From IMG/VR virus record IMGVR_UViG_3300044608_002890: a stretch of DNA of 64,000 nt. One strand, 5' to 3'. A program made the position numbers and the translations under genes. This document shows positions 1 through 7,219 of the stretch, piece by piece. The notes beneath the pieces were generated by a model. That model made no database searches. It was not told where the DNA came from and worked only from the letters and a program-made list of their open reading frames with translations. This stretch comes from a virus. Positions within the stretch are counted from its first letter, which is position 1. Each line of letters starts with the position of its first letter.

Positions 1-201
1 CAAAAGCCCGCCATCATCCAGCTCATGCCCAGCCGCACCGAACCCAACCAGATCATGGTAGGTCTGATTCCCTATGCACAATATACCAAGTCTCATGCCA
101 TCGAAGTTGCTTCCAGCACAGTATTGTGGGTAGAAGAACCAGTTGATGATTTATACAACAACTATAATTCGATGTTTGGGACAGGTATTCAACTTGTCTA
201 A
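1..201 (+). CDS. partial hypothetical protein (Sm-like fold type, common in T4-like phages)
   Basis: Open frame 1 QKPAIIQLMPSRTEPNQIMVGLIPYAQY...NSMFGTGIQLV ending TAA at 201; AGGAG RBS for next gene follows. Confidence 0.6.
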   Translation, partial: QKPAIIQLMPSRTEPNQIMVGLIPYAQYTKSHAIEVASSTVLWVEEPVDDLYNNYNSMFGTGIQLV

Positions 202-210
202 GGAGAACAC

Positions 211-1221
211 ATGATTAAAACTGCGCTTGTGTATGGTGGTGGCGGATTCATTGGTAGTCATCTGGTTCGTAAACTCAGAGCTGAAAATTACTTCATTCGA
301 GTCGTTGATCTAAAAAAACCTGAATTCAGCGATTCTCCGGCCGATGATTTTAAGGTCGGGGATCTTACAAATTACGATCTTGTCAGCCACTCGTTGGTCT
401 TGCCCGCAGGATTAAACACTGAATTCAATGATTTTGATGAAATCTATCAGCTGGCTGCAGACATGGGCGGAGCAGGTTATATCTTTACTGGCGATAATGA
501 TAGTGAAGTCATGACCAACAGTGCTGCCATCAACATCAATCTTTGCAAGGCCGTAGCCGAAAGAAATATGGCCAGGGGTAAAGTACATTCACGTATTTTT
601 TATAGCAGTAGCGCCTGTATCTACCCCGAACATAATCAAATGGATCCCAACAATCCTAATTGTGTAGAGGATTCAGCCTATCCTGCCAACCCTGATAGCG
701 AATATGGTTGGGAAAAACTTTTCAGCGAAAGACTTTTCTTGGCCTATAATCGCAATCACGGCATACCAGTACGCATTGCTCGTTATCACAATGTATTTGG
801 TCCCGAAGGCACCTGGACCGGTGGTCGTGAAAAAGCACCCGCAGCCATCTGCAGAAAGGTAGCTGAATGCACCACAGGTACCATAGATGTCTGGGGCGAT
901 GGCGAACAGACACGTAGCTTCATGTACGTAGACGAATGTGTTGAAGGCACGCTCAGACTCATGCGTTCGGACTTTACGGGCCCTGTGAATCTGGGTAGCA
1001 CTGAGATGCTAAGCATCAATCAATTAGTTGATATGGTCGCAGGCATTGCTGGCAAATCCATTACCAAAAATCACATTCCAGGACCTTTGGGTGTCAGGGG
1101 TAGGGTCAGCGACAATCGCCTCATCCAGGAAAAACTTGGTTGGGCACCTAGTGCGCCCTTGCAAGCAGGCATGGCCAAAACCTATGAGTGGGTGCATGAA
1201 CAAGTTCAACGTGCAAATTGA
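211..1221 (+). CDS. NAD-dependent epimerase/dehydratase (GDP-mannose 3,5-epimerase-like)
   Basis: GGGGFIGSHL Rossmann motif, QLAADMGG, YSSSACIYP, YGWEK (YxxxK), RYHNVFGP, WGDGEQTRSF. Confidence 0.93.
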   Translation: MIKTALVYGGGGFIGSHLVRKLRAENYFIRVVDLKKPEFSDSPADDFKVGDLTNYDLVSHSLVLPAGLNTEFNDFDEIYQLAADMGGAGYIFTGDNDSEVMTNSAAININLCKAVAERNMARGKVHSRIFYSSSACIYPEHNQMDPNNPNCVEDSAYPANPDSEYGWEKLFSERLFLAYNRNHGIPVRIARYHNVFGPEGTWTGGREKAPAAICRKVAECTTGTIDVWGDGEQTRSFMYVDECVEGTLRLMRSDFTGPVNLGSTEMLSINQLVDMVAGIAGKSITKNHIPGPLGVRGRVSDNRLIQEKLGWAPSAPLQAGMAKTYEWVHEQVQRAN

Positions 1222-1456
1222 CATTGTTTTAAAATGGCTGGCAACAGGCATGCTCATCATGGGCGCATTGTTGACCAGCGGTAACTGGTTTTATCCTTGG
1301 AATGTAGCATTCTTCCTGGCAGGCAACATGGCCTGGGCAGCGGTGGGCATTCTCTGGCGCGAAACCAGCCTCATAGTTCTTAACGTAGGCATCACCTTTA
1401 TCTATGTTGGTGGTATGATCATTAAATACTGGAGTACATATGCAACGAACAGCTAG
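1211..1456 (+). CDS. small multi-pass membrane protein
   Basis: GTG start at 1211 within ORF 1028..1456; three hydrophobic segments. Confidence 0.65.
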   Translation: MQIDIVLKWLATGMLIMGALLTSGNWFYPWNVAFFLAGNMAWAAVGILWRETSLIVLNVGITFIYVGGMIIKYWSTYATNS

Positions 1457-1577
1457 AGTGGATTCAAGAGGTAAGGTCGTTAAAAAACGCACCAAGAGTG
1501 GTGGTCAGGTTCGTCGTAGCAGCATGAGCAAGCACGAAAAACGAAGCTACAAAGCCTATCGCGGTCAGGGCCGATAG
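1440..1577 (+). CDS. small basic protein (MQRTARV...KRSYKAYRGQGR)
   Basis: 45-aa ORF not in the track; ends in the K(R)SYKxYRGQGR motif typical of small phage proteins. Confidence 0.6.
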   Translation: MQRTARVDSRGKVVKKRTKSGGQVRRSSMSKHEKRSYKAYRGQGR

Positions 1578-1579
1578 AA

Positions 1580-1641
1580 ATATTAAGTTTCTGTTAAGAT
1601 TGGCACAACGGTGTTTTTTCATGGGTTAAAAATCTTAAATA
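1580..1641 (+). promoter_or_regulatory. candidate Pho-box-like tandem repeat plus late promoter TAAATA upstream of pstS
   Basis: TATTAAG (1581) and TGTTAAG (1592) 11 bp apart; TAAATA at 1636-1641. Confidence 0.4.
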
Positions 1642-1669
1642 ATAGTATACCAACATTTTTGAGGAACCC

Positions 1670-2677
1670 ATGAAAAAATTACTTGCAATTTTACTTTTCC
1701 CTTTGTTTTCATTAGCTCATGCTGCTGAGATAACTGGTGCAGGTGCTACCTTTCCCTACCCCATCTATGCCAAATGGGCCGAAGCATATAACAAGGCCAC
1801 CGGCAATACCCTTAACTATCAGAGTATAGGTAGTTCAGGTGGCATTCGTCAAATCAATAATAAAACAGTTACTTTTGGTGCGTCAGATGCTCCAGTTAAA
1901 GGAGAGGATCTTGATAAACTTGGACAAGTTCAATTCCCTGCTATCATCGGTGGCACAGTGCCTGTTATCAATCTTGATGGCTTCAAGGCAGGTGAACTTC
2001 GCATCACAGGACCTGTACTTGCCGAAGTGTTCATGGGCAACATAACCAAATGGAACGATGATAAACTTGTTAAACTTAATCCTGGGAAATCCCTCCCCAA
2101 CACCAATATTACAGTGGTTCATAGAGCTGATGGATCTGGTACTACTTTTAATTGGACTGATTATCTCACTAGTGTTAGCCCAGAATGGGAGAAACGAGTT
2201 GGACGAGGAGCAGCAGTAAAATGGCCTGCTACCAGTTCAGTGGGTGGTAAAGGTAACGAAGGTGTTGCTGCCAATGTAAATAGAATTAAGGGTAGTATAG
2301 GCTACGTAGAATATGCTTATGTGAAAAAGAACCTAATGAACTACATGAAGCTACAGAACAAATCAGGTAACTTCGTCGACCCCGATGATGCGACATTTGC
2401 TGCAGCAGCGGCAGGTGCAGACTGGTTCAGCGTGCCAGGCATGGGGCTGAGCATCGTAAATCAGGGCGGCAAAGATACCTGGCCCGTTACTACAGCCAGT
2501 TTCATCATCATGTACAAGGAACCTGCAGACAAAAAAGCAAGCTCTGAAGTCATAAAGTTTTTTGATTGGGCATTCAAGAATGGTGCCAAGCTAAGTGTCG
2601 AACTAGACTATGTTCATTTACCAGATAAACTACAGGCTGACATTCGTAGTCGCGTCTGGAGTCAGATCAAAAATTAA
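1670..2677 (+). CDS. pstS: phosphate ABC transporter substrate-binding protein PstS
   Basis: Signal peptide, ITGAGATFPYPIYAKWAEAY, YQSIGSSGGI, RADGSGTT, GKGNEGVA, IGYVEYAY. Confidence 0.97.
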   Translation: MKKLLAILLFPLFSLAHAAEITGAGATFPYPIYAKWAEAYNKATGNTLNYQSIGSSGGIRQINNKTVTFGASDAPVKGEDLDKLGQVQFPAIIGGTVPVINLDGFKAGELRITGPVLAEVFMGNITKWNDDKLVKLNPGKSLPNTNITVVHRADGSGTTFNWTDYLTSVSPEWEKRVGRGAAVKWPATSSVGGKGNEGVAANVNRIKGSIGYVEYAYVKKNLMNYMKLQNKSGNFVDPDDATFAAAAAGADWFSVPGMGLSIVNQGGKDTWPVTTASFIIMYKEPADKKASSEVIKFFDWAFKNGAKLSVELDYVHLPDKLQADIRSRVWSQIKN

Positions 2678-2687
2678 TAGGTGATGT

Positions 2688-2903
2688 ATGGGTGATGCAG
2701 CGGGTGGATTTTTGGGTGTGTTTGAACAAAGAGTAGGTCAATTGAGAAAAAGACTAAAAGAAGAATTAGACAAAGACAAACCCATCCGCTGTCGTAGAAC
2801 ACTTAAAAAGATTATAAAAGAAATAAAAGAATGGGAAGATGTTCTACATCAACATCGCAAAGATACAAGAAGGTGCCCGCATTGTGGTGAAAAGTTAGAA
2901 TAA
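2688..2903 (+). CDS. hypothetical protein with C-terminal CPHC zinc ribbon
   Basis: RBS-preceded 71-aa ORF ending RRCPHCGEKLE. Confidence 0.6.
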   Translation: MGDAAGGFLGVFEQRVGQLRKRLKEELDKDKPIRCRRTLKKIIKEIKEWEDVLHQHRKDTRRCPHCGEKLE

Positions 2904-2920
2904 TTTAAAGAGGTAACGTT

Positions 2921-3127
2921 ATGCAAGAACTCTTTTGGGATATAAAATTCAACGGTATGTACATAGGTACCGCTCCTGATAGTTTAAAAGATATCTATGT
3001 GCGCTGGTACTTGCTCATGAACAATAGGCCCGATGTGCATTCTACAGACCACATTGAATATGCTCTAAGACACCCGGTCAATCTTAGAAATGATCTAGAT
3101 ACCTGGAGAGTTCTTGATTTGGCTTAA
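2921..3127 (+). CDS. hypothetical protein
   Basis: GAGG RBS, 68-aa ORF in operon orientation. Confidence 0.55.
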   Translation: MQELFWDIKFNGMYIGTAPDSLKDIYVRWYLLMNNRPDVHSTDHIEYALRHPVNLRNDLDTWRVLDLA

Positions 3128-3198
3128 AAATATTCAAGAAACGGTCTTGACCGTCAGATAAAACATATATATAATGTAAGCATCAAAAGGAGATAATA

Positions 3199-3528
3199 GT
3201 GATCCGTAAACTAGCCGCAGCAGCAATTGCCCTGAGCCTCAGTAGCTCGGTGCTTGCCTACGGCCCACACGGACATAGACACTATCATCACCATCATCGT
3301 CATGGGTCCCATTGGGTTGGTCCAGCTGTTGCCGGCGTTGTTCTCGGTACAGTCATAGCCAATGCCTATGCCAGACCACCGCTTGTGATCCAGGAGCCCG
3401 TCTATGTTAATCCGGTGCCTCCGACCATAGTAGTTCCAACGCAATGTTGGATAGAGTTTACAAATCCCTATACGGGAATCAGAGAGACCCAGCTAGTCGA
3501 TTGTAAACGAATTAGTTCAGCGCAGTAG
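3199..3528 (+). CDS. exported His/Gly/Pro-rich protein (resembles proteobacterial PXPV-type proteins)
   Basis: Signal peptide, HGHRHYHHHHRH, GVVLGTVIA, Pro-rich PVYVNPVPP. Confidence 0.75.
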   Translation: MIRKLAAAAIALSLSSSVLAYGPHGHRHYHHHHRHGSHWVGPAVAGVVLGTVIANAYARPPLVIQEPVYVNPVPPTIVVPTQCWIEFTNPYTGIRETQLVDCKRISSAQ

Positions 3529-3535
3529 AACAGTC

Positions 3536-3630
3536 GGTAGGTAGCACAGGTGTGCGGCGGGGTCTTATAAGCCCTGGAGACTGGTCAGATGGGCTGGAAC
3601 GGAAAGGTTCGATTCCTTTACCTACTACCA
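3536..3630 (+). tRNA. tRNA-Ile(UAU) with long variable arm
   Basis: GGTAGGT/ACCTACT acceptor + ACCA; GCAC/GTGC D-stem; GGGGT-CTTATAA-GCCCT anticodon arm; ~25-nt variable region; GGTTCGATTCC. Confidence 0.8.
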
Positions 3631-3647
3631 AATATAGAAAAAATAGC

Positions 3648-3676
3648 TTGACAACTAGAGCCTAAGGTACTATAAT
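3648..3676 (+). promoter_or_regulatory. sigma70-type promoter
   Basis: TTGACA-17bp-TATAAT upstream of tRNA. Confidence 0.8.
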
Positions 3677-3688
3677 TATGTTTTAAAT

Positions 3689-3767
<79 letters not shown>

Positions 3768-3775
3768 AAATTTGC

Positions 3776-3804
3776 TTGACAACAAGTTGTAGTAATGCTA
3801 GAAT
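3776..3804 (+). promoter_or_regulatory. sigma70-type promoter
   Basis: TTGACA-17bp-TAGAAT with TG extension. Confidence 0.7.
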
Positions 3805-3880
3805 GCTTCCTAAGCTAATCTAGTGAAAGCGTCGGTCTGAAGAACCGAAGAGCCTGGAGCGAAACCAGGAGGGAGCACCA
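3805..3880 (+). tRNA. tRNA-Phe(GAA)
   Basis: TCGGT-CTGAAGA-ACCGA anticodon arm; atypical T-loop AGCGAAA; ACCA end. Confidence 0.85.
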
Positions 3881-4014
3881 TGTACACTCGCAGTCCGAAG
3901 GATAGTTTTTTGAGATTCATGCAAAATGCCTATGCCGATACCAATCTAACTCTAGCAGAGATTGTTGTGTTGGTCTTATGCGTAATTTTGGGGATATATT
4001 ATGTCTTTGTCTAA
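3880..4014 (+). CDS. possible small membrane peptide (44 aa)
   Basis: MYTRSPKDSFLRF...IVVLVLCVILGIYYVFV; one TM segment, overlaps the next start. Confidence 0.35.
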   Translation: MYTRSPKDSFLRFMQNAYADTNLTLAEIVVLVLCVILGIYYVFV

Positions 4015-4426
4015 AGAACCATTCTTCAGCATAACAGCTCGTGATTGTGAGTGGAGTTATACCCGGGGCACCGGTGCCGGTGGACAGAAGCGCAACAAGA
4101 CCAGTTCCGCTGTCCATTGCATTCACAAGGCATCCGGAGCCCACGGATATAGCGAAAGCAGCAGAAGTCAGCTTGACAATCGGAAAGATGCCTTTAAAAA
4201 GATGGCCGAGACCGATAAGTTTAAACGATGGATTCACATTGAATACATGAAGCGAACCGGAGAGTATTTAGAAGCCGAAAGACAGTTGGAAAAAAGCTTG
4301 ACAAAAGTTCGTCTAGAGGTTAAAATAGATGGACGATGGACAGAAGTGCGAGCCGACCAGCTTGTAGATGATCCAGATAATTTTGATTTTAGTTTCCTAG
4401 AGGAGAGTCCAGATGGGCAGCGATAA
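4001..4426 (+). CDS. peptide chain release factor-like peptidyl-tRNA hydrolase (RF-1 domain, ArfB/YaeJ-like)
   Basis: TRGTGAGGQKRNKTSSAVHCIH with GGQ motif; SRSQLDNRKDAF. Confidence 0.9.
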   Translation: MSLSKEPFFSITARDCEWSYTRGTGAGGQKRNKTSSAVHCIHKASGAHGYSESSRSQLDNRKDAFKKMAETDKFKRWIHIEYMKRTGEYLEAERQLEKSLTKVRLEVKIDGRWTEVRADQLVDDPDNFDFSFLEESPDGQR

Positions 4427-4441
4427 GGTACGAAAGATACT

Positions 4442-4516
4442 GCGGGTATGGCGAAATGGTATCGCATCAGGCTTTTAACCTGTAAGTTCGGGGTTCGAAT
4501 CCCTGTGCCCGCACCA
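4442..4516 (+). tRNA. tRNA-Lys(UUU)
   Basis: GCGGGTA/TGCCCGC acceptor, CAGG-CTTTTAA-CCTG, GGTTCGAATCC, ACCA. Confidence 0.92.
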
Positions 4517-4580
4517 TATTCAAGCACATTGCCGAACAGACAAATGGCGGCAAGCCGATGAGCAGTGTGTTTGAATATGT
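4513..4580 (+). ncRNA. stem-closed small RNA element, copy 0
   Basis: CATATTCAAGCACATTGC (4515-4532) pairs with GCAGTGTGTTTGAATATG (4562-4579); sits between tRNA-Lys and tRNA-Ala. Confidence 0.75.
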
Positions 4581-4582
4581 TA

Positions 4583-4657
4583 GGGCTGGTAGTGATAATG
4601 GGAGCACGGGGCCTTTGCACGGCTCAGGTAAGAGTTCGATTCTCTTTCGGTCCACCA
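4583..4657 (+). tRNA. tRNA-Ala(UGC)
   Basis: Loop TTTGCAC, G3:U70 pair in acceptor GGGCTGG/TCGGTCC, ACCA. Confidence 0.88.
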
Positions 4658-4660
4658 ATT

Positions 4661-4735
4661 AGGGGTGTAGTATAACGGTCAGTACAACGGGCTTTGAACT
4701 CGTGGGTCTAGGTTCGATTCCTGGCACCCCCGCCA
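4661..4735 (+). tRNA. tRNA-Gln(UUG)
   Basis: ACGGG-CTTTGAA-CTCGT, GGTTCGATTCC, GCCA end. Confidence 0.9.
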
Positions 4736-4747
4736 ATGGAGATAGAC

Positions 4748-4972
4748 ATGGTAAGAAAAACTAAGGTGGCTGAGAAGCCTGCAAAGAAAGAAGCAAAAGT
4801 TGCACCAGTCAAGAAGCCCAAACAGGCCAAGATCGAAGTTGATGCTGTAGAACAAGTTAAAGATGGCACTTATAAAGGTGAATATAGTACTTCTTCATAC
4901 AACAAAGGAGAACTAATTAGTTTTGATATTGATTGGGATCGATTGAAAGAACATTTACGGAAGGTTGGCTGA
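4748..4972 (+). CDS. Lys-rich hypothetical protein
   Basis: GGAG RBS; MVRKTKVAEKPAKK...IDWDRLKEHLRK; 3' end overlaps tRNA-Ser. Confidence 0.6.
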   Translation: MVRKTKVAEKPAKKEAKVAPVKKPKQAKIEVDAVEQVKDGTYKGEYSTSSYNKGELISFDIDWDRLKEHLRKVG

Positions 4973-5050
4973 GAGGCTCAAGGCAGCGGTTTGCTAAACC
5001 GTCGATTCAGGAAACTGGGTCCGTGGGTTCGAATCCCACACCTTCCACCA
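4959..5050 (+). tRNA. tRNA-Ser(GCU)
   Basis: GGAAGGT/ACCTTCC acceptor, CGGT-TTGCTAA-ACCG, long V-arm, ACCA. Confidence 0.92.
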
Positions 5051-5051
5051 G

Positions 5052-5126
5052 GCTGATGTAGATCAGTGGTAGATCGCTGACTTGGTAAGTCAGAGGCCGT
5101 GAGTTCAATCCTCGCCATCAGCACCA
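5052..5126 (+). tRNA. tRNA-Thr(GGU)
   Basis: GCTGATG/CATCAGC, CTGAC-TTGGTAA-GTCAG. Confidence 0.92.
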
Positions 5127-5132
5127 AAAGAG

Positions 5133-5639
5133 ATGAAAATGTTAGATCTACATGTATTTGACAATGTATTTGATGACAAAGTTTTAAATGCATATCTGAA
5201 ACGCATCACCGAACATTTTGCGGTACAGCAGCAGACCGGTGAAGTATTACAATGGCATCCGCATCGAAACATTAGATTGGATGTGCAAGATCCCATGGTA
5301 TTAGAAGTTAAAGAATTTTTGCAATCCAAACTAAGAATGCGTACCAGTTGTTATGATGTAGAACTACAGACCTGGCCCATAGGTTCCTACAGCGATTTGC
5401 ATTGTCATGACAAGACCAATTATGGACGTGCTGGTCTAGGAGACTATAACAGTTTACTGTATTTGAACGATGATTTTGAAGGTGGTGAATTTTTTACGGA
5501 GCACGGCATTACCATTGTACCAAAAAAGAATAGACTCACATTTTTTGATGGGTATAGAATAGCGCACGGTCTTAGGACTGTAGAAAAACGCAACAGGCAT
5601 ACATTGATTTTTTGGTGGTCAAACACCATGTGGTTGTAG
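5133..5639 (+). CDS. 2OG-Fe(II) oxygenase (prolyl 4-hydroxylase-like)
   Basis: HxD (LHCHD), SLLYLNDDFEGGEF, PKKNRLTFF, distal H and R (HGLRTV...RHTL). Confidence 0.88.
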   Translation: MKMLDLHVFDNVFDDKVLNAYLKRITEHFAVQQQTGEVLQWHPHRNIRLDVQDPMVLEVKEFLQSKLRMRTSCYDVELQTWPIGSYSDLHCHDKTNYGRAGLGDYNSLLYLNDDFEGGEFFTEHGITIVPKKNRLTFFDGYRIAHGLRTVEKRNRHTLIFWWSNTMWL

Positions 5640-5827
5640 TATCCCCGGACCTATGCCGGTTATCAGAGGCGCGACAAGACCAGCGTTAGGAGTCTTAGGT
5701 TTCTTTTTTCCTCCCTCTGGGCCATTCATCCAGCAGGGTAAAACAAAAGATAGGACGTGTCATCCGATACACAAGACACTGGACAGGGCAATACCTCATG
5801 TCGGGGCTCTTGGGAAAGAGTAGCCGA

Positions 5828-5933
5828 TACCATATTGAAGCACACTTGAAGACCCGTCAAGGACCAACGCTACGATGCATAGACATATAAGCCGGGGCGA
5901 AAAAGTTTGGTATTAGTGTGTTTCAATATGGTA
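5828..5933 (+). ncRNA. stem-closed small RNA element, copy 1
   Basis: TACCATATTGAAGCACACT / AGTGTGTTTCAATATGGTA, 19-bp stem, 68-nt cargo. Confidence 0.75.
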
Positions 5934-6052
5934 GCAATACCATAACACGTGGCCATCAGCGTGTATAAAGGCGGCGAGTCTTAAACGAAGTCGGTGACGG
6001 GATAGGTAGAACAGTTACTCCGAAAATGTAACGCCGGATTTTGTAACCGGCA

Positions 6053-6154
6053 ACCATATTGAAGCACATTCCTGCCGTATTGGTCTACGGTTCGAAAAGC
6101 GATAGGACCTAGAGTAACCGCCTAGGGAGTTTGAAGAGTGTGTTTCAATATGGT
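6053..6154 (+). ncRNA. stem-closed small RNA element, copy 2
   Basis: ACCATATTGAAGCACATTC / GAGTGTGTTTCAATATGGT, 19-bp stem, 64-nt cargo. Confidence 0.75.
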
Positions 6155-6345
6155 GAGTAGGAAGTAACCGTGAGCCGACTTGGTGAGGTTGCAGACTAAA
6201 GATCAACTTCGACCGCGTAGATAGTCCGGACTATCGTTTGAAACGGAAGATGCATCCATCCCCTGCCCTACTGATCATAAGTCCGATGTGAAATGAAGGT
6301 CAAAGTTTTTCGAGACTCAATTGGCAGTGATTTTCATCTTAGGAC

Positions 6346-6486
6346 ACCATATTGAAGCGCATTTCAAAATCCCGAAACTTTCTAGCACGGGTCGACACAA
6401 CCTAGAAAGCAACCGAAAAAAGGGTAAGATTGCAAGAGTGGGATACTCGGCGGTGAGAATCCGCAGGAAGTGTGTTTCAATATGGT
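6346..6486 (+). ncRNA. stem-closed small RNA element, copy 3
   Basis: ACCATATTGAAGCGCATTTC / GAAGTGTGTTTCAATATGGT, 20-bp stem, 101-nt cargo. Confidence 0.75.
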
Positions 6487-6675
6487 AGATTAAAAATTAG
6501 TCCCGCCACACCTGTTGCTCAAATCCCTAGAGTTAGCGGTGCTCCCAGGGCGAGGCGGGTGCAAGCCCCGTCAACTAAAATACACTTGCAATTGGCGCTG
6601 CAAGGTACGGATGTCTAGCCTGAGGACTGTCGTCCAAGACACAGAAGACAATATGAAACCAGTTTAGGGACTGGT

Positions 6676-6741
6676 GCCATATTGAAGCACATTGCTGCGA
6701 ACAGGTTGATCGCTGTATCTGGTAGTGTGTTTCAATATGGT
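6676..6741 (+). ncRNA. stem-closed small RNA element, copy 4
   Basis: GCCATATTGAAGCACATTGCT / GGTAGTGTGTTTCAATATGGT, 21-bp stem, 24-nt cargo; 3' end overlaps tRNA 5' end at 6739. Confidence 0.75.
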
Positions 6742-6814
6742 AATGTAGCATAGCGGCTAATGCAGCACCTTCATACGGTGCCTATCGTCAGTTCGAGTCT
6801 GACCATTACTACCA
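6739..6814 (+). tRNA. tRNA CAT (elongator Met, or Ile2)
   Basis: GGTAATG/CATTACT, GCACC-TTCATAC-GGTGC, ACCA. Confidence 0.85.
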
Positions 6815-6819
6815 GTTAT

Positions 6820-6911
6820 GGAGGGTTAACCGAGCTGGGCTCGGCACTGTCTTGAAAACAGAGGGATTGGCGATGAGCCGGTTGGAGTTCGATTCTACCA
6901 GCCCTCCTCCA
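6820..6911 (+). tRNA. tRNA-Ser(UGA)
   Basis: GGAGGGT/GCCCTCC, CTGT-CTTGAAA-ACAG, long V-arm. Confidence 0.88.
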
Positions 6912-6920
6912 AAAAAATGC

Positions 6921-6948
6921 TTGACAACTAGCATCAAGGTGCTAGAAT
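6921..6948 (+). promoter_or_regulatory. sigma70-type promoter
   Basis: TTGACA-16bp-TAGAAT with GGTGC extension. Confidence 0.65.
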
Positions 6949-6966
6949 AGTAGTTGTAGTAATTAT

Positions 6967-7043
6967 TCCAGGACGGCCACAAGGTGGGGCAGCGGACTGT
7001 TAATCCGTTCATCAGGTAGGTTCGATTCCTACTCCTGGAGCCA
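6967..7043 (+). tRNA. tRNA-Asn(GUU)
   Basis: TCCAGGA/TCCTGGA, GCGGA-CTGTTAA-TCCGT. Confidence 0.9.
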
Positions 7044-7045
7044 AT

Positions 7046-7123
7046 GTTGGGATGGCAGAGAGGTCCAATGCAAGTGCCTGCAAAGCACTACGGTCGTCGG
7101 TTCGAATCCGACTCCCAACTCCA
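7046..7123 (+). tRNA. tRNA-Cys(GCA)
   Basis: GTTGGGA/TCCCAAC, AGTGC-CTGCAAA-GCACT, U73. Confidence 0.92.
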
Positions 7124-7137
7124 GAATGTAAGAATTT

Positions 7138-7212
7138 GGTCTGTTAGTTCATCGGTAAGAATAGCGGCTTGTCACGCCGCAGAGACGGGTTCGATTCCCG
7201 TACAGACCGCCA
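7138..7212 (+). tRNA. tRNA-Asp(GUC)
   Basis: GGTCTGT/ACAGACC, GCGGC-TTGTCAC-GCCGC. Confidence 0.93.
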
Positions 7213-7219
7213 AGTTTAT

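Noticed and set aside
1028-1210. N-terminal part of ORF 1028..1456
   Set aside because: Overlaps the epimerase in another frame; GTG at 1211 is more plausible
6186-6232. Group I intron P7 signature (CAGACTA...GATAGTCC)
   Set aside because: No room for P4-P6 or P8, no interrupted gene, and TAGTC is also part of a local palindrome
5640-6740. tmRNA, RNase P RNA or 6S RNA
   Set aside because: No tmRNA acceptor/tag frame, no GAGGAAAGUCC core, and no clear single long hairpin with central bubble by eye; an Infernal search is still needed
5828-6741. CRISPR array
   Set aside because: Repeats alternate in orientation, spacers range from 24 to 191 nt, and no cas genes are present; kept as stem-closed RNAs instead
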